Below, piece after piece: positions 52,411 to 64,000 of a stretch of DNA of 64,000 nt (positions are counted from its first letter, which is position 1; each line of letters begins with the position of its first letter). The notes under the pieces were generated by a model, which saw only the letters and a program-made list of their open reading frames with translations, was not told where the DNA came from and did not search any database. Source of the stretch: Octopus vulgaris (lineage: Eukaryota); the NCBI GenBank assembly GCA_951406725.2, contig OX597827.1, forward strand, positions 64,294,001 to 64,358,000. Reading direction: 5' to 3'. A program made the translations under genes and the position numbers.

Positions 52411-53959
52411 GATCACGCAGTTCCGTCCGATGAAGAAAACGTACTTAAAGTAATGGACATGATGGAAAATAAAAACCAAAGCAGCGACAACGATACAGAT
52501 GCGGTTGACAGCAGTACCGAACTCACCCCCCCAAAAAAAAGGAACCTGTGACACCACCGAACTCTCAGAATTAAATAAAGATTGTATAAAAGAAAAAGAA
52601 AAAGATGAAGGCATGCAAGTAATGCTGCTGCACCTTCATCATACTTTCTATCTATCTCGCGGACAGACAGACGCAAGTCAAATGGGCTCCACGTAAGTTG
52701 GTATTTTTATACGTTCAAAAGTGTATATTGACAAATATTTTGTGTCTAAAAGTTGTGCAACAACATCCACTCTTATACTTGAAGCCGAAGCCGAACCGAT
52801 ATCAAAGAAAGGCCAAAGTGATACACTAGTATCAAAGAAAGGCCAAAGTGCAAGTCAAGCGTGACGCAGAGACAAAAGAGCAAGATTCCTTGCAACCAGA
52901 TGCTGAACCTGACAGTTTGAACACTACTAACACCACCACCATAGGAATATTCCCTTGTATTTGTTTGTCATTCTGACTGTGGCCAAGCTGGAGCACTGCC
53001 TATAGTCGAGCGCTTGATGAATGAGCTAACTTGAGGTTGAACATCAAAAGATAAACAAAGAAAGATAAGTGATGGGGTGTGGCTTGTGGGGTCCCAGCAT
53101 CTCTCACACCATATTATTTCATTCACCTTTACCTTGTATACACCTTGTTCAGTTTGGTTAGATTAAAAAAGGAGGTCAAACTACAGTTGTGGATTGGTGT
53201 AATTTCTGTCGTAAAGTATGTGAACAAATTCCATTGAAATCGACGATTTGAATGCCAATGGACAGCCATTAATTCTACAGAATTTTTATTTTAACACAAA
53301 TTTTCGTTAGTAAATGATTTTCCCTTACCCAACCACATGTGGTCCTAGTGGAGATATGCACTGATCAAACGATTATCTTTAAGGCTGTGTGAATGTGTGA
53401 TTGTTTAAAGATTCTTCAATTTTGATTTTGAAGTATTTAAAATTATTTGTTGCACAAAAAGCGGTTTCTTATCACTACAGGCATGGATGTATGATTAAGA
53501 AATTTACTTTGCAAACACGCAGAATCAAGTTCAATCCCACTACACAACACACAGGGTCAAGAGTCTATAGTCTCAGGTTGACCAACGTCTTATGGAAGAA
53601 AACTGTGCAGAAGCCTGTCTAGTGTATGTGTGTACATGTCTGACAACACATCCTACTAAAACAAAATTTGTGTTACGGCAAAGATGAATCAACCAACCAG
53701 AAAAATGTACATTGACAAAATAAGGTTGCTGTCACCGACCAAACATAGGAAGGCTTTGCACCCCACCCCACAACATTTTCGCCATAAATAGAGAACTATT
53801 AGCTTCTGAATTTTGAAAATTTGAGGTAACTTTGGCCAATCATGAGCCATGTCTGCGACTATAAGGAATATATTCTACCCCCATGTTGATAAAAAATATT
53901 CTACGTAAAACCATGTGTGGACGCTGTGTTCCCCTGCTTGTGTCCATGTTTCATTATAG

Positions 53960-55020
53960 CAGCAAGCTCCTGTAACCTCGAGTCTGTCATGGAGACACGG
54001 AGAGTAGAGGATGCGGTTTTGTACTTGCATTGCACAGCTGTTGATAATAACAGCTATGTCAGGGAAGTATTCAAAGAGGTCCCGCTCCGCCATCCAGTTA
54101 AGGTTGGTGATCCTAGGAAGATTGTCGAGATTGGCAAAATAGTATTCTCAAGACAAGTACAACTGAAGGGTCCTACCCAAGCAGTGGGCTTTTGGAGGAG
54201 TGTCAAGAAATGAGACCATTTTTTTCTTTGTGGCACCATGTTGGAATCATGACACATTGGAGGAATGCATACAACACTCAATTCTTCCAGGAACCAAAAG
54301 TTTTCAGTGATTTGTGGACGGCATACTCTCACATTACTGAAATTGACGGTTACAGGTAATTCTTTAGTGCATGATGATATTAAAGGGGAAATAACAATTA
54401 GCAGAGATAATTAAATTCTCACTGAAAGTAAATTTCTTCATTAAAAGTAATATCGCAGTGAGTGGCATCCTGGCCGTTGGCTTTTCGGTGGCATTGAAAG
54501 AATTTGCAAAAAATGCTTACAAGTCGATGTGTCTGAGCGTACTGAACAGACATCATCTGATCTAATTCAATGCTGGATTCTCCCATAGAGTCACGGCTGG
54601 TGATCCTACAGCAATATCGGAAGCCTAAATGACAGCGTGTATACTCACAAAGTGGTTGTGCATCAGAAGTTCTGCATGTCAAATTATTAGGCAGCTCTTT
54701 TTTTATTGATGGCTATAGCCAACATCTACATAGTTTAACAGCAAGTTGACTTATTTATCTCCCCTTTTAATTTTTATTTACTTCTTTACAAAGGTGCTGA
54801 AAGATAACCACGGTTACAATTTTAAGCTTAGAACAGTGAACCACAAAATTGGGGTTTGTTGAAGCCAGACTCAAAAAGTGGAGAGTGCATGAGCCTCTAT
54901 AAAGTGAGGTAATAAATGACAGTGACACTCACCATTGTATGGTTGACTCATATCTCAGAGTTTATGTGGTACAGGAGACATGAAAATTATTTGTTCGAGA
55001 AATTGCTCAAATGCAGTTTT
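53960..55020 (+). pseudogene. Old Merlin transposase remnants (family A-like)
   Basis: AVDNNSYVREV..PVKVGDPRKIVEI; FSDLW; VNH; EFMW. Confidence 0.6.
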
Positions 55021-57104
55021 AACTGTTTTCAACAAACTAGTAGACAAAATGCTGTTTTCTTTTAGAAAAATCTAATTTGTGATGTGCTGTTTATTGAATT
55101 AAATGCATATTAAATGCTTAAACCTACAAAATATGTTTACTCACTATTTACTCATTGATGTGGTTGTGATGGGTGCTAAAAAATACCAGCTAAATAAGCC
55201 TTAAATCACGTACACAGATACGCAAACATACATAAATTGAAACTAAGGAAACTGCATTGATAACCAGGAAACCAAGCAGTGGTGGTGATGTAGAGGAAAA
55301 TTTAGAATATTAATAGAAATTATTCTTAAGTCCCATGATTCATAGTGCTGGTTATCCCATTTCTATGGCATAAATAACCAAGATCAAAAAGTCCCTACTG
55401 AACAGGTGGCCAGTCTTAAGCAAGGTTACCCATCTGCAGCTGAGGGACTGGAGCAGCGTAAAACAAAGTGTTTTGCTCAAGAACAACGCATTGCCCAGCC
55501 TGGGAATTGAAACCACTATCTTGTAAACATGACAGCAATACCCTGACCACTAGGCCACGTGCCTCCATGCAACGTAAACAGAAGCCACAGTTAAATATTA
55601 CAATTATAAGGGTTTAAGAGTGGTGAGAGCCAGACAATTGCTTAAGAAAAAAAAAAAGAAAAAAAGCTGTACAAACGTTTTCAAAATTACAAAAATACGA
55701 ATCAGGAAATATTTGGTTTGATGTAAGGTTTAAAAAAAAAAAAAAAAAAATGTTAACATTGTTAGAATAATAAAGAAAATAACCATACAGTATAGTATAA
55801 TTTAACAGATTTTTCAGCCCGAATCAAAAATCTAGTTCAAGAGTATATCCCCCCCCCCATTTCTAAGATTAATAGTTATGATTTCTAACATTTAGCAGGT
55901 TATTAGTTATTCCTGGGAAAAGATGTAGTTGCTTAATTCCATCTCGGGAATTTTACTGCTCCACCAAAAAGGCGATTCTTTCTTGCAGAGTGGTGGCTTA
56001 TGTGCCTTGATGACCCAGAGAATTATGCCACCAGCAGGGCAACAAGCACCTGGTAGAGATTGCCATGCCAGAGAGGTCAAAGGACAAATGTGGATCACCA
56101 CTTCCCAAAGGTAAAATAGGGATTGTGTGGAATACCAATGCCCCCACCCCTGCCCGCAAAAAAACCCAGCAATGCTGAAGTATTGATGGTAGTTCAAAAG
56201 TGCTTTCTCCAGGGAAACAAGTTATGGTACAGCAAAATGTGAAAAGGGATGGACAGGTAGCACCCTAAAGAAACCAACATCTTGCATTTTACACCAAGTC
56301 CTGACTTGGAACCTCCAAGAGTGGATGTCCTCAAAATAGCTGGAGGTAGGATGCAGAGAAGCAGAAAAGACAGTTTAGAGTTAAGGGCAGTGGATTGGAG
56401 GGAAAAAAAAAAAAAAAAAGATGGCCCAGTGCTTTAAGTACTTGATAGGTACTTATTTCATATCGTAACAGATGCAACTAAATGCTTACAAGGTAATATT
56501 TTGCCTATCACTACATTGATTCTACCTATCATCAGATTAAAAATTTAAAAAGTCATATGTCAATAATAGAGATAAAAATATTGATACCACATTAAATACA
56601 GCATTAATATAATAGACAAAAAAAAACAAACAAACTTAAAGATGGTACAATCAGATGAGTGAAAACAGTAAAAAGAAAAACACAGGTCATTGTTCCAAAT
56701 TTCTCAGCACAGTACATAGCGAATGTACTAGTATCTACAGTTGATAACGTAGCTGATAGACAGGCCAATATCATTGGCTAACCAGCAAATTGACTTACCT
56801 TCCAATCATTTTCTCAGGGGTGGAGGGTGTTCTTTTTGTCGTTTTTTTTTCTTTTCGTTTCTTTTAAATTGTTTTTATAATTCAAAGTTAAGAACTTCTT
56901 CTGTCTTGAAGACTTATCTTTTTATTGTTTGTTTTTGTTGACAGATTTTCTTTGTAGTCAATTTGCAAGTTTGGAGATCATTGTGACTCTTCAACCCCCG
57001 AAGTCAGTCCTGTATCCAGCATACAAGGCATATAATCAAGTGTTCAAATTGTGTCCATCCAACCCATTAATTTTCAGATCTTCAGACAGTGTTCATCTAG
57101 GATT

Positions 57105-57388
57105 ACATTTAGCACCATCCGTTCGTGTCCGTTGCCAGCCTCGCCTGGCCCCCCGTGCCGGTGGCACGTAAAAGCACCATCCGTTCGTGGCCGTTTGCCA
57201 GCTCCGTCTGGCACGTAAAAAGCACCCACTACACTCACGGAGTGGTTGGCATTAGGAAGGGCATCCAGTCGTAGAAACACTGCTAGATCTGACTGGGCCT
57301 GATGCAGCCTTCCGGCTTCACAGACCCCAGTTGAACCGTCCAACCCATGCTAGCATGGAAAACGGACTCTAAATGATGATGATGATGT
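57105..57388. mobile_element. SINE/RTE-tail-like repeat ending in (GAT)n
   Basis: gttggcattaggaagggcatccag..aacccatgctagcatggaaaacggac..gatgatgat. Confidence 0.6.
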
Positions 57389-58149
57389 AGCCTTTCAATT
57401 TTAGTTCTTCAAATCCTACAATAATAAAATGAGATCTGACAGCTATTTCGGAAACTACCAAACGGGATCTCCCACTGGTTTATTCAGTTTGACACTGGTT
57501 GCCCATGACGTATAACAATTCCGACAATCTGTATAGTTGGTTGTGCAGCTGTCTGACCTCGTACCGATGGGCAGGTTAACAGCTTGACATCTTGCGAATT
57601 TGTTTGCGTTAGTCTCTTCAACCATAAATAATGCGGAAACCTGCCAGCTTTTGTAACGGCTCTGGTAGAAAGCTATGTTGGTAATGCACTGACCCGACTA
57701 GGCTGTGAGCAGTACATAGTACTTACTGGTGGTGATGCAGTAGAACCAGATCAGATAGTGTTGCACTATCACCATCGTTTCCAGTTAGTTGCTAATCGAC
57801 ATAGTAACAGATTGCAGTAGTGGCACAGTTAGTTGTAACACATAGTATAGATTGCAGTATAGGAGCATTACATTCAGCTGGTTGTAATAGGCACAGTATA
57901 TACCACAGTGCAGGAGTGTTACATTCAGTTGGTTGTAATAGAGTTCAGATTGTGGCAAAGCACTGTTTAATTCAGTTTATGGTAACAGACATAAGCATAG
58001 CATGTGGTGAAATATGTAATGCAGACAATGGATTGTATTACAGTAATTAACAGTTAATTAGTTGTAAGAGTATTTTATGGTCTAGCCAATTGGCTGTAAT
58101 GTTCATTTAGAAAAAATTGCTGATCATTTCAGATAGCATTCAATTACCT

Positions 58150-58237
58150 GGTACTTGTATCGCAGAGTGGTCCCGGTTTGCGCACACACGCAGACGCGCG
58201 TCTGCGCAAACCGGGACCACTCTGCGATACAAGTACC
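58150..58237. mobile_element. Merlin-type MITE (almost a pure palindrome)
   Basis: GGTACT..AGTACC ends; flanks caattacct / caattaccc (9-bp TSD, one mismatch). Confidence 0.8.
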
Positions 58238-58282
58238 CAATTACCCTTACAAAAAATTATGAACTACTTAATGGTGTGATCC

Positions 58283-58496
58283 TTAACCCTTTCGTTACCA
58301 ACCCGGCCCTGGCTCTGTAGTATTAATGTCTTGTTTTCATAAGTTTTTCATTAAAATCTCCCACCAAACCTTAGTTGCAATTTATGTTCCTAACACTAGC
58401 TTAATGATAAGTTATTTTACTAAATTCTTTATTATACTTAAAATAATTGAAAGAAACACAGAGCATCTCAAAATAAATAAATTAACGAAAGGGTTA
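58283..58496. mobile_element. piggyBac-type MITE; related elements at 60107-60318 and ~25370-25615
   Basis: TTAA-CCCTTTCGTTA ... TAACGAAAGGG-TTAA. Confidence 0.75.
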
Positions 58497-58530
58497 AGAA
58501 ACTTCATTAACTATGGAGAATAACCAAGAC

Positions 58531-58561
<31 letters not shown>

Positions 58562-58939
58562 GGTGTACAAAGGGATTTGCTTGGCTGTTAGCTCCACAGA
58601 AATAGTCCAAGATATTGCCACTGCTGTTGCTTTTAATGAGCAAAACCTTTGAACTTTGTAAAGAATTGGTCTTTTCCATGAAGGAAACGGTTACTTAAGG
58701 CAAAAGTTTTTCCACAAATTTCACGGTGATGGAACTTCTCTGAAGCCATTTTTAATTCATTGGAGATAAAGTCCCGAACTGATTCTTCTGTTGTCTAACC
58801 ATATATCTATATCAACATCAGCACAAATTCCTGTCTACGCAGCCGGTAGTTCTTCAAAGTTAACATGGCGGAGGAGAAAATCTCTATATACATACGAAGT
58901 TACAAAATATAAGTGACCCCGACTTTCCTGTGCACTTAC

Positions 58940-59050
58940 ACGGCTCCCACCATCTCAGTCTGCATATGTCATGTCCACCAGTTCCTAAGAAGTCTTCTAA
59001 AGCCAATGAATGTTCTGTACTGACATTGTTGGTTAGACACTGAAATCCAC
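58940..59050 (-). other. Candidate exon of a minus-strand transcript
   Basis: Acceptor ttttttttgtcattttttctag|G and donor CGT|gtaagt on the minus strand. Confidence 0.4.
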
Positions 59051-59491
59051 CTAGAAAAAATGACAAAAAAAAAGAACATTATTGCAGAAGTTTTAGAGAA
59101 CAGCTGACAGAATGAGATAAAATAGGTATGAATGACTGGACACTGATCTTGTTTTAAGCATGAGTGCTTTTGGGCACTAAAAGCAAACAAACACATACAT
59201 GTAGAAATTAGAGACATAATTTATTAATTGAAATTGAGAAACAAAGTTAAAAGTTTAGCAGTAGTGATTCTAAGTTTGTCAATTGTGTGGGAAAAAAAAA
59301 AAAAATTCATGGTGCCAGAGGAGAAAGCACCTGATATCAAATAAGTGGGGCCATAATGACTGAGCCAAAACGCCCCAAACCTTGTACCCCCACCTCTTTC
59401 TCTCTCTGCAATTTCAATAGTTATTTTAGTTCAGCTCCCAATAACCATCGTTATGGCAGCACGTGGTTTGGCAAAAGACAAATAGATAGAA

Positions 59492-59874
59492 CTAGCAGTA
59501 TCGCCCGGCGTTGCTCGGGTTTGTAAGGGAAATAACTATAAAGCATTTTTAGAGAGTTTAGGCCAAAAAATAGCAAAGAAATGGGGGAAAAAAATTATGG
59601 TAAATTTTTTTTTTGATAGTTAAAAAGGTCGAGTTGCGTCCCCTAGACCATCTGTGGTTTGTGTTTCTGATTGTCGACCCCATGTCGAATTTATCGATCT
59701 TTTTCAGAACTGGGGGAACTTTTCAAAATTTTCGCTGCGTTAGTTTTGAATTATGACATTGGGCTATGTGTGTGTGTCAAGTTTCATCAGAATCGGTTGA
59801 AAGCCGTGGTCAGAGTGAGGGTACAACCAAACAGACACACAGACAAACTGCCGTTTATATATAGAGAGAAGAGA
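59492..59874 (-). mobile_element. Non-autonomous Helitron inserted in a SINE
   Basis: TC..hairpin-CTAG ends; splits the SINE sequence gatagaa|taagtact at an A/T junction with no TSD. Confidence 0.8.
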
Positions 59875-60811
59875 TAAGTACTAGGCTTACAAAGCGTAAG
59901 TCCTGGGGTCGATTTGCTCGACTAAAGGCGGTGCTCCAGCATGGCCACAGTCAAACGACTGAAACAAGTAAAAGAGAGAGACAATACAAGACAAATTCAA
60001 AACAATACATGCTTTACTTCTGGCAGTCTAATTTGAATGCTAAAGGGTCAAATCTTCGAATTTTCTCAGTCCCAAATGGACTCCTCTAATCTTTATACTC
60101 TCAGAATTAACCCATTAGCCATTAAACCGGCCATATCCAGCCCAAATATTGTTTTATGTTCAAACTAGATTCAGCCACTCACACCTGCCTTACAATGTCA
60201 TTCCAAAAATAGGCAATTACGTCATTGAAGACATAAGCCACGAAAATGTGTGATTAAATCCAAAACGATGTGAATTAATAGGCAGTGCCATTCGACAAAT
60301 TGAATGCTAATGGATTAAACGCTGGTTACGAACACTAACTGGCACAGATTAATGAATTATTCTGAAGCGTCAATGCATGGAAACGAATTTCTTAGTAGCT
60401 GATTAGCTAAACAAACTCAAAGCATTCTCTCCCATTCAAAATAATTCAGGTCACTAGGTCTCTCAGCAGAGTTGACAAAAGAACAAGAAAGAGATAAGTA
60501 GACAGTGCCCTATAAAAGATGTAGGAACATTAAGACAAAATATTTGAGGAAAAATACAGCAACACTGTTTATGATAGCCAACCCACACCAACATGCAGAA
60601 CGGATATGAATATGATTAGTATTCACAAATGACACGTAGCACCCACTTAAATCTATAAATTTTTCCACTCAACAGTCGAATAAAGAAATGCTACTAAAAA
60701 AAAGTAAGAGAATCATAAACCTTACCAATAGAAGGTTACCCTTGCCGGGTACATGACATTTAAATTAAATAAAAAAAAAAGTGCAGGAGATACGGAGATA
60801 AATGAATTCCT

Positions 60812-61035
60812 GGAATTACTTAAGAAGAGTGGTTCCGGTGCGCCCACTCGCGCATCCGTGCTAGCTAGTCGTGACTAGTCGATCCTTACTTGGTGTTTTT
60901 TCTGTCCTATTTACTTTGTTTAAAAAAATTATTTACTTTGCTAGATAGTCGTCGCAGGATCGACTAGTCACGACTAGCTAGCGCGGATGCGAGAGTACGT
61001 GAGTGCGCGCATCGGGACCACTCTTAAGTAGTACC
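60812..61035. mobile_element. Merlin-type MITE with perfect 9-bp TSD
   Basis: GG..CC ends, ~70-bp imperfect TIRs, tgaattcct on both sides; relative at 62189-62462. Confidence 0.85.
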
Positions 61036-61441
61036 TGAATTCCTTTTCTGTTATTCTTAATTTCAACATCTTACCGATGTCGAATGTGGAAATTAGATTT
61101 TTAACTTGACGTTAATTGAAATCCATTCGATTATTTTGAATATCGATCATAAATATAAATCGTTAAAGGATACAAAGACGAAATCAACTGACTGCTTCAA
61201 CATTTGAATTTATTCGTTACTACGGTGCTAAAATAGCTGAAGCAGTTGTGATATATATTGACAGAAGTCAGAGAAATACCTATTCCACAGCCTAAGTTGT
61301 AAGTCTATCCGAAATAAGGTTTAATTCGGGTGTAACCAGCGAAAATTTGTTGAATAATAAAGAAATAAATACAAAATACAATAGTATTTTTCATAACTCC
61401 AGTAAGCAGACTTTTTCAACTCCTCTCCAAAATATATTCTA

Positions 61442-61800
61442 CTAGCAGTATCGCCCGGCGTTGCTCGGGTTTGTAAGGGAAATAACTATATAAGCATTTT
61501 TAGAGAGTTATAGCCAAAAAATGCATTAAAAATGGAAAAAAAATTATGGTAAATTTTTTTAAAAATCGTTGACTCATCGTAGACATTTTTAAAGAGTTAC
61601 TTCCCTTATATAATAGCGAAAAAATGGTAAATTTATTTTTTAAATCGTAGACTCATCGCAGACGCGCGCTAATACCCAGAAGGGCTCGATATGAATCACG
61701 ACTATAAGATACCCGGTTTTGGTTAAACTGCACCGCAAAATGTGGGAGTAGTTAGGAATCTAAATCGTAGGAGACAGACACAACTTCTCTTTTATATATA
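61442..61800 (-). mobile_element. Non-autonomous Helitron (copy of 5866-6258)
   Basis: High similarity to that copy, including the hairpin-CTAG end. Confidence 0.8.
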
Positions 61801-62648
61801 TTCAATATATTAAAACATTAAAACACAAAATAGTATGATAGATAAGAATGAACCAGAATTGTTGGGCTTGGTTTAATAGTAGCAGTGCGGCATAAACGGA
61901 AGAAAGAAGTCAGCATGTGCGTATTACATTTTACAAGGCATTCTTGTAGAATAGAGTCGGAAATTCTCAAATGAACTAAAAACTGCCGTTGATTCGAACC
62001 CGTCTGTCTGGTAAGTCATAGATTACGAATCTGCAAATAAATTTTTTTTTTAAAGACGATTTTTGTCACGGTTTTCTAACGAAAAGCTTTTTTTTTAAAA
62101 TTTTTTTTTTTACTAATTTGTTTTAAACATCTGAAATTATTATTCGTTAAAATTATGTTTTGCAGATCCTTAAGCTACAATGTTGAGAGGTACTACTAGC
62201 GAACAGTGGTCCCGGTGCGCGCACACGCTAGCTAGTCGTAAGTAGTCGATCCTACAACGACTTTTAACCCTAACCTTAGTTTGTTTATAAAAATAATTCA
62301 TTTACTTAGTTTAAAAAATTATTTACTTTGTTCGAAAAATATTTAATTTTCTTTTGATATGTATTCAGCCTTGAAATACGAACATACGCGCAAGTCGTCT
62401 TACGATCGACTACTTTACGACTAGCTAGCGCGGATGCGCGCACCGGACCACTGTTCGCCAGTGAGCAATTAATTAAGAGCTTGGGTTACTCAAGTGTCTG
62501 CAGCTGTTTATCATATCACTGATAGGACAGAATGCGTAGGCGCATAACATACGTTGTTCGTTCGAGTTTAGACTTGTTGCCTCCCGCCACCTTTGTTAAA
62601 GACCTTGACGGAATTCTAGTTGAGGTGCGTGCCTAAACAAGGATTTCG

Positions 62649-63198
62649 GGATCTTTTCCTTTTGAAAGGCACATGTCAACACAATTTTCTAGTTAACTAA
62701 ACACTTTAAAACTTCGTATACTGGTAGAATGTGTCAAATTTGTAATTCGCTTGTTTAACGTAGTTTAATTTTTCGAATTTTAATCAACCATTTTGTCTAA
62801 TTGAGCTAAAATCATTTGCTGCGCCTAAAACTGAGACAACATCCTGTCACTAACCCAAACCCTAAATTTTAGCCTTTCGTTTTTTTTTTCTTAATTGTTA
62901 AATTAATTTAAGGATAACAATTTAGAAAAAAAAAAAAAACGAAAGGCTAAAATTTAGGGTTTTGGTTAGTAACAGGATGTTGTCTCAGTTTTAGGCGCAG
63001 CAAATGGTTTTAGCTCAATTAGAGGCGATTCATTGGTTAAAATTCAAACTACGTTAAACTAACAAATTACAATTTTCTCAAGAAAGCCAAGAGAAAAAAG
63101 AATTTTACTTTGAACACATTCTACCAGTATACGAAGTTTTAAAGTGTTTAGTTAACTAGAAATTGTGTTGAAAACTGCCGTTCAAAAGGAAAAGATCC
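62649..63198. mobile_element. Foldback MITE with ~240-bp TIRs, GG..CC ends and 8-bp TSD (Merlin-like)
   Basis: ggatcttttccttttgaa..ttcaaaaggaaaagatcc; flanks ggatttcg / ggattgcg. Confidence 0.8.
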
Positions 63199-64000
63199 GG
63201 ATTGCGCCAAGAAATAACGGGTTAATTGGAGGGAGACCCCTCAGCTTCGGTCACCCTGTCCGACTTACATCGGCCTTTTTTCGAACATATTTAAAAGCAT
63301 AAAAATTAATAATAATAAAACATTATCAAAGTTTGGCGATCTAAAAAAAAAAAAAAAAAAAGATTTTTACGGAAACCGACGGAAAGGTCTACTAGAGACG
63401 AAAGATAGCCCTGCCCAAAGTTTATACTGAAGTGGAAATAAAATGTGAAAATATGTGCAAATCAGTTATTAAAACAGATGTTACGTCGGGTTTTCGAAGA
63501 AAGTCGCATTAACTGCAACAAATTACCGACGTAAGTTGAGGTAAAAAGACGATACTGTATGTAAATGAGGAAAAAAAAGAAAAACAGGATTAAGCGAAGT
63601 CTAAGAATGCAAATAAAATATCGAAACCTGTTATGACGTGTCACTGTCCCGACGAACGAAATTAAAAAGCGGACGGAATTCTGGCTTTTATACACAATAA
63701 TCTAAATTTTTTTTTTTGATTTGTGTTCACACGAGAATTCATTATTATCAAAAAAAAAAAAAAAGAAAAAGAAAAACTGGGTGCGTGTTATTTAGCAGTT
63801 ATTTTTAGCACCTCTCACGACCACTTCTTTGTGACTCAGACACGTATCGATGTTTTTAAATATTTTTCTGCCTGCAAACACAATGGAGTGATTTATGCGC
63901 CCAGTGGCGGCGGCCCATTGTTGGGATTCAAGCAAAAAATTTTGACTGTCCGTTAATTTAAAACTCTGATTTGGAAAAAAAAAAAAAAAAAAAAATTGAA

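Overview
Eukaryotic, repeat-rich DNA with no intact host protein-coding gene. The dense tRNA-derived SINE families and microsatellites point to an octopus/cephalopod genome (inference). There are three zones. (1) 1-27 kb is SINE/microsatellite-rich, with a decayed Dong/R4-type retrotransposon, a CR1-type LINE, a deleted mariner, Helitron-type elements and a foldback element. (2) About 27.0-55.0 kb is a SINE-poor, tightly packed mosaic of short coding fragments. These come from several parvovirus/densovirus NS1 genes, a CRESS/circovirus-like Rep, at least five Merlin (IS1595/ISXO2-like) transposases, piggyBac, Helitron, Penelope, RTE, CR1, an L1/Tx1-like LINE, ankyrin repeats and C2H2 zinc-finger remnants. 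Almost all are sense on the + strand, mostly lack their element ends, are often joined at few-base overlaps, and are locally duplicated; a full-length Tc1 is also inserted. (3) 55-64 kb carries MITEs (Merlin-type, piggyBac-type, Helitron) and minus-strand splice signals. The main candidate system is zone 2: a uni-strand archive of virus and transposon fragments resembling a piRNA-cluster / endogenous viral element memory locus, possibly transcribed antisense from the right flank. All family calls come from reading motifs by eye; no searches were run.
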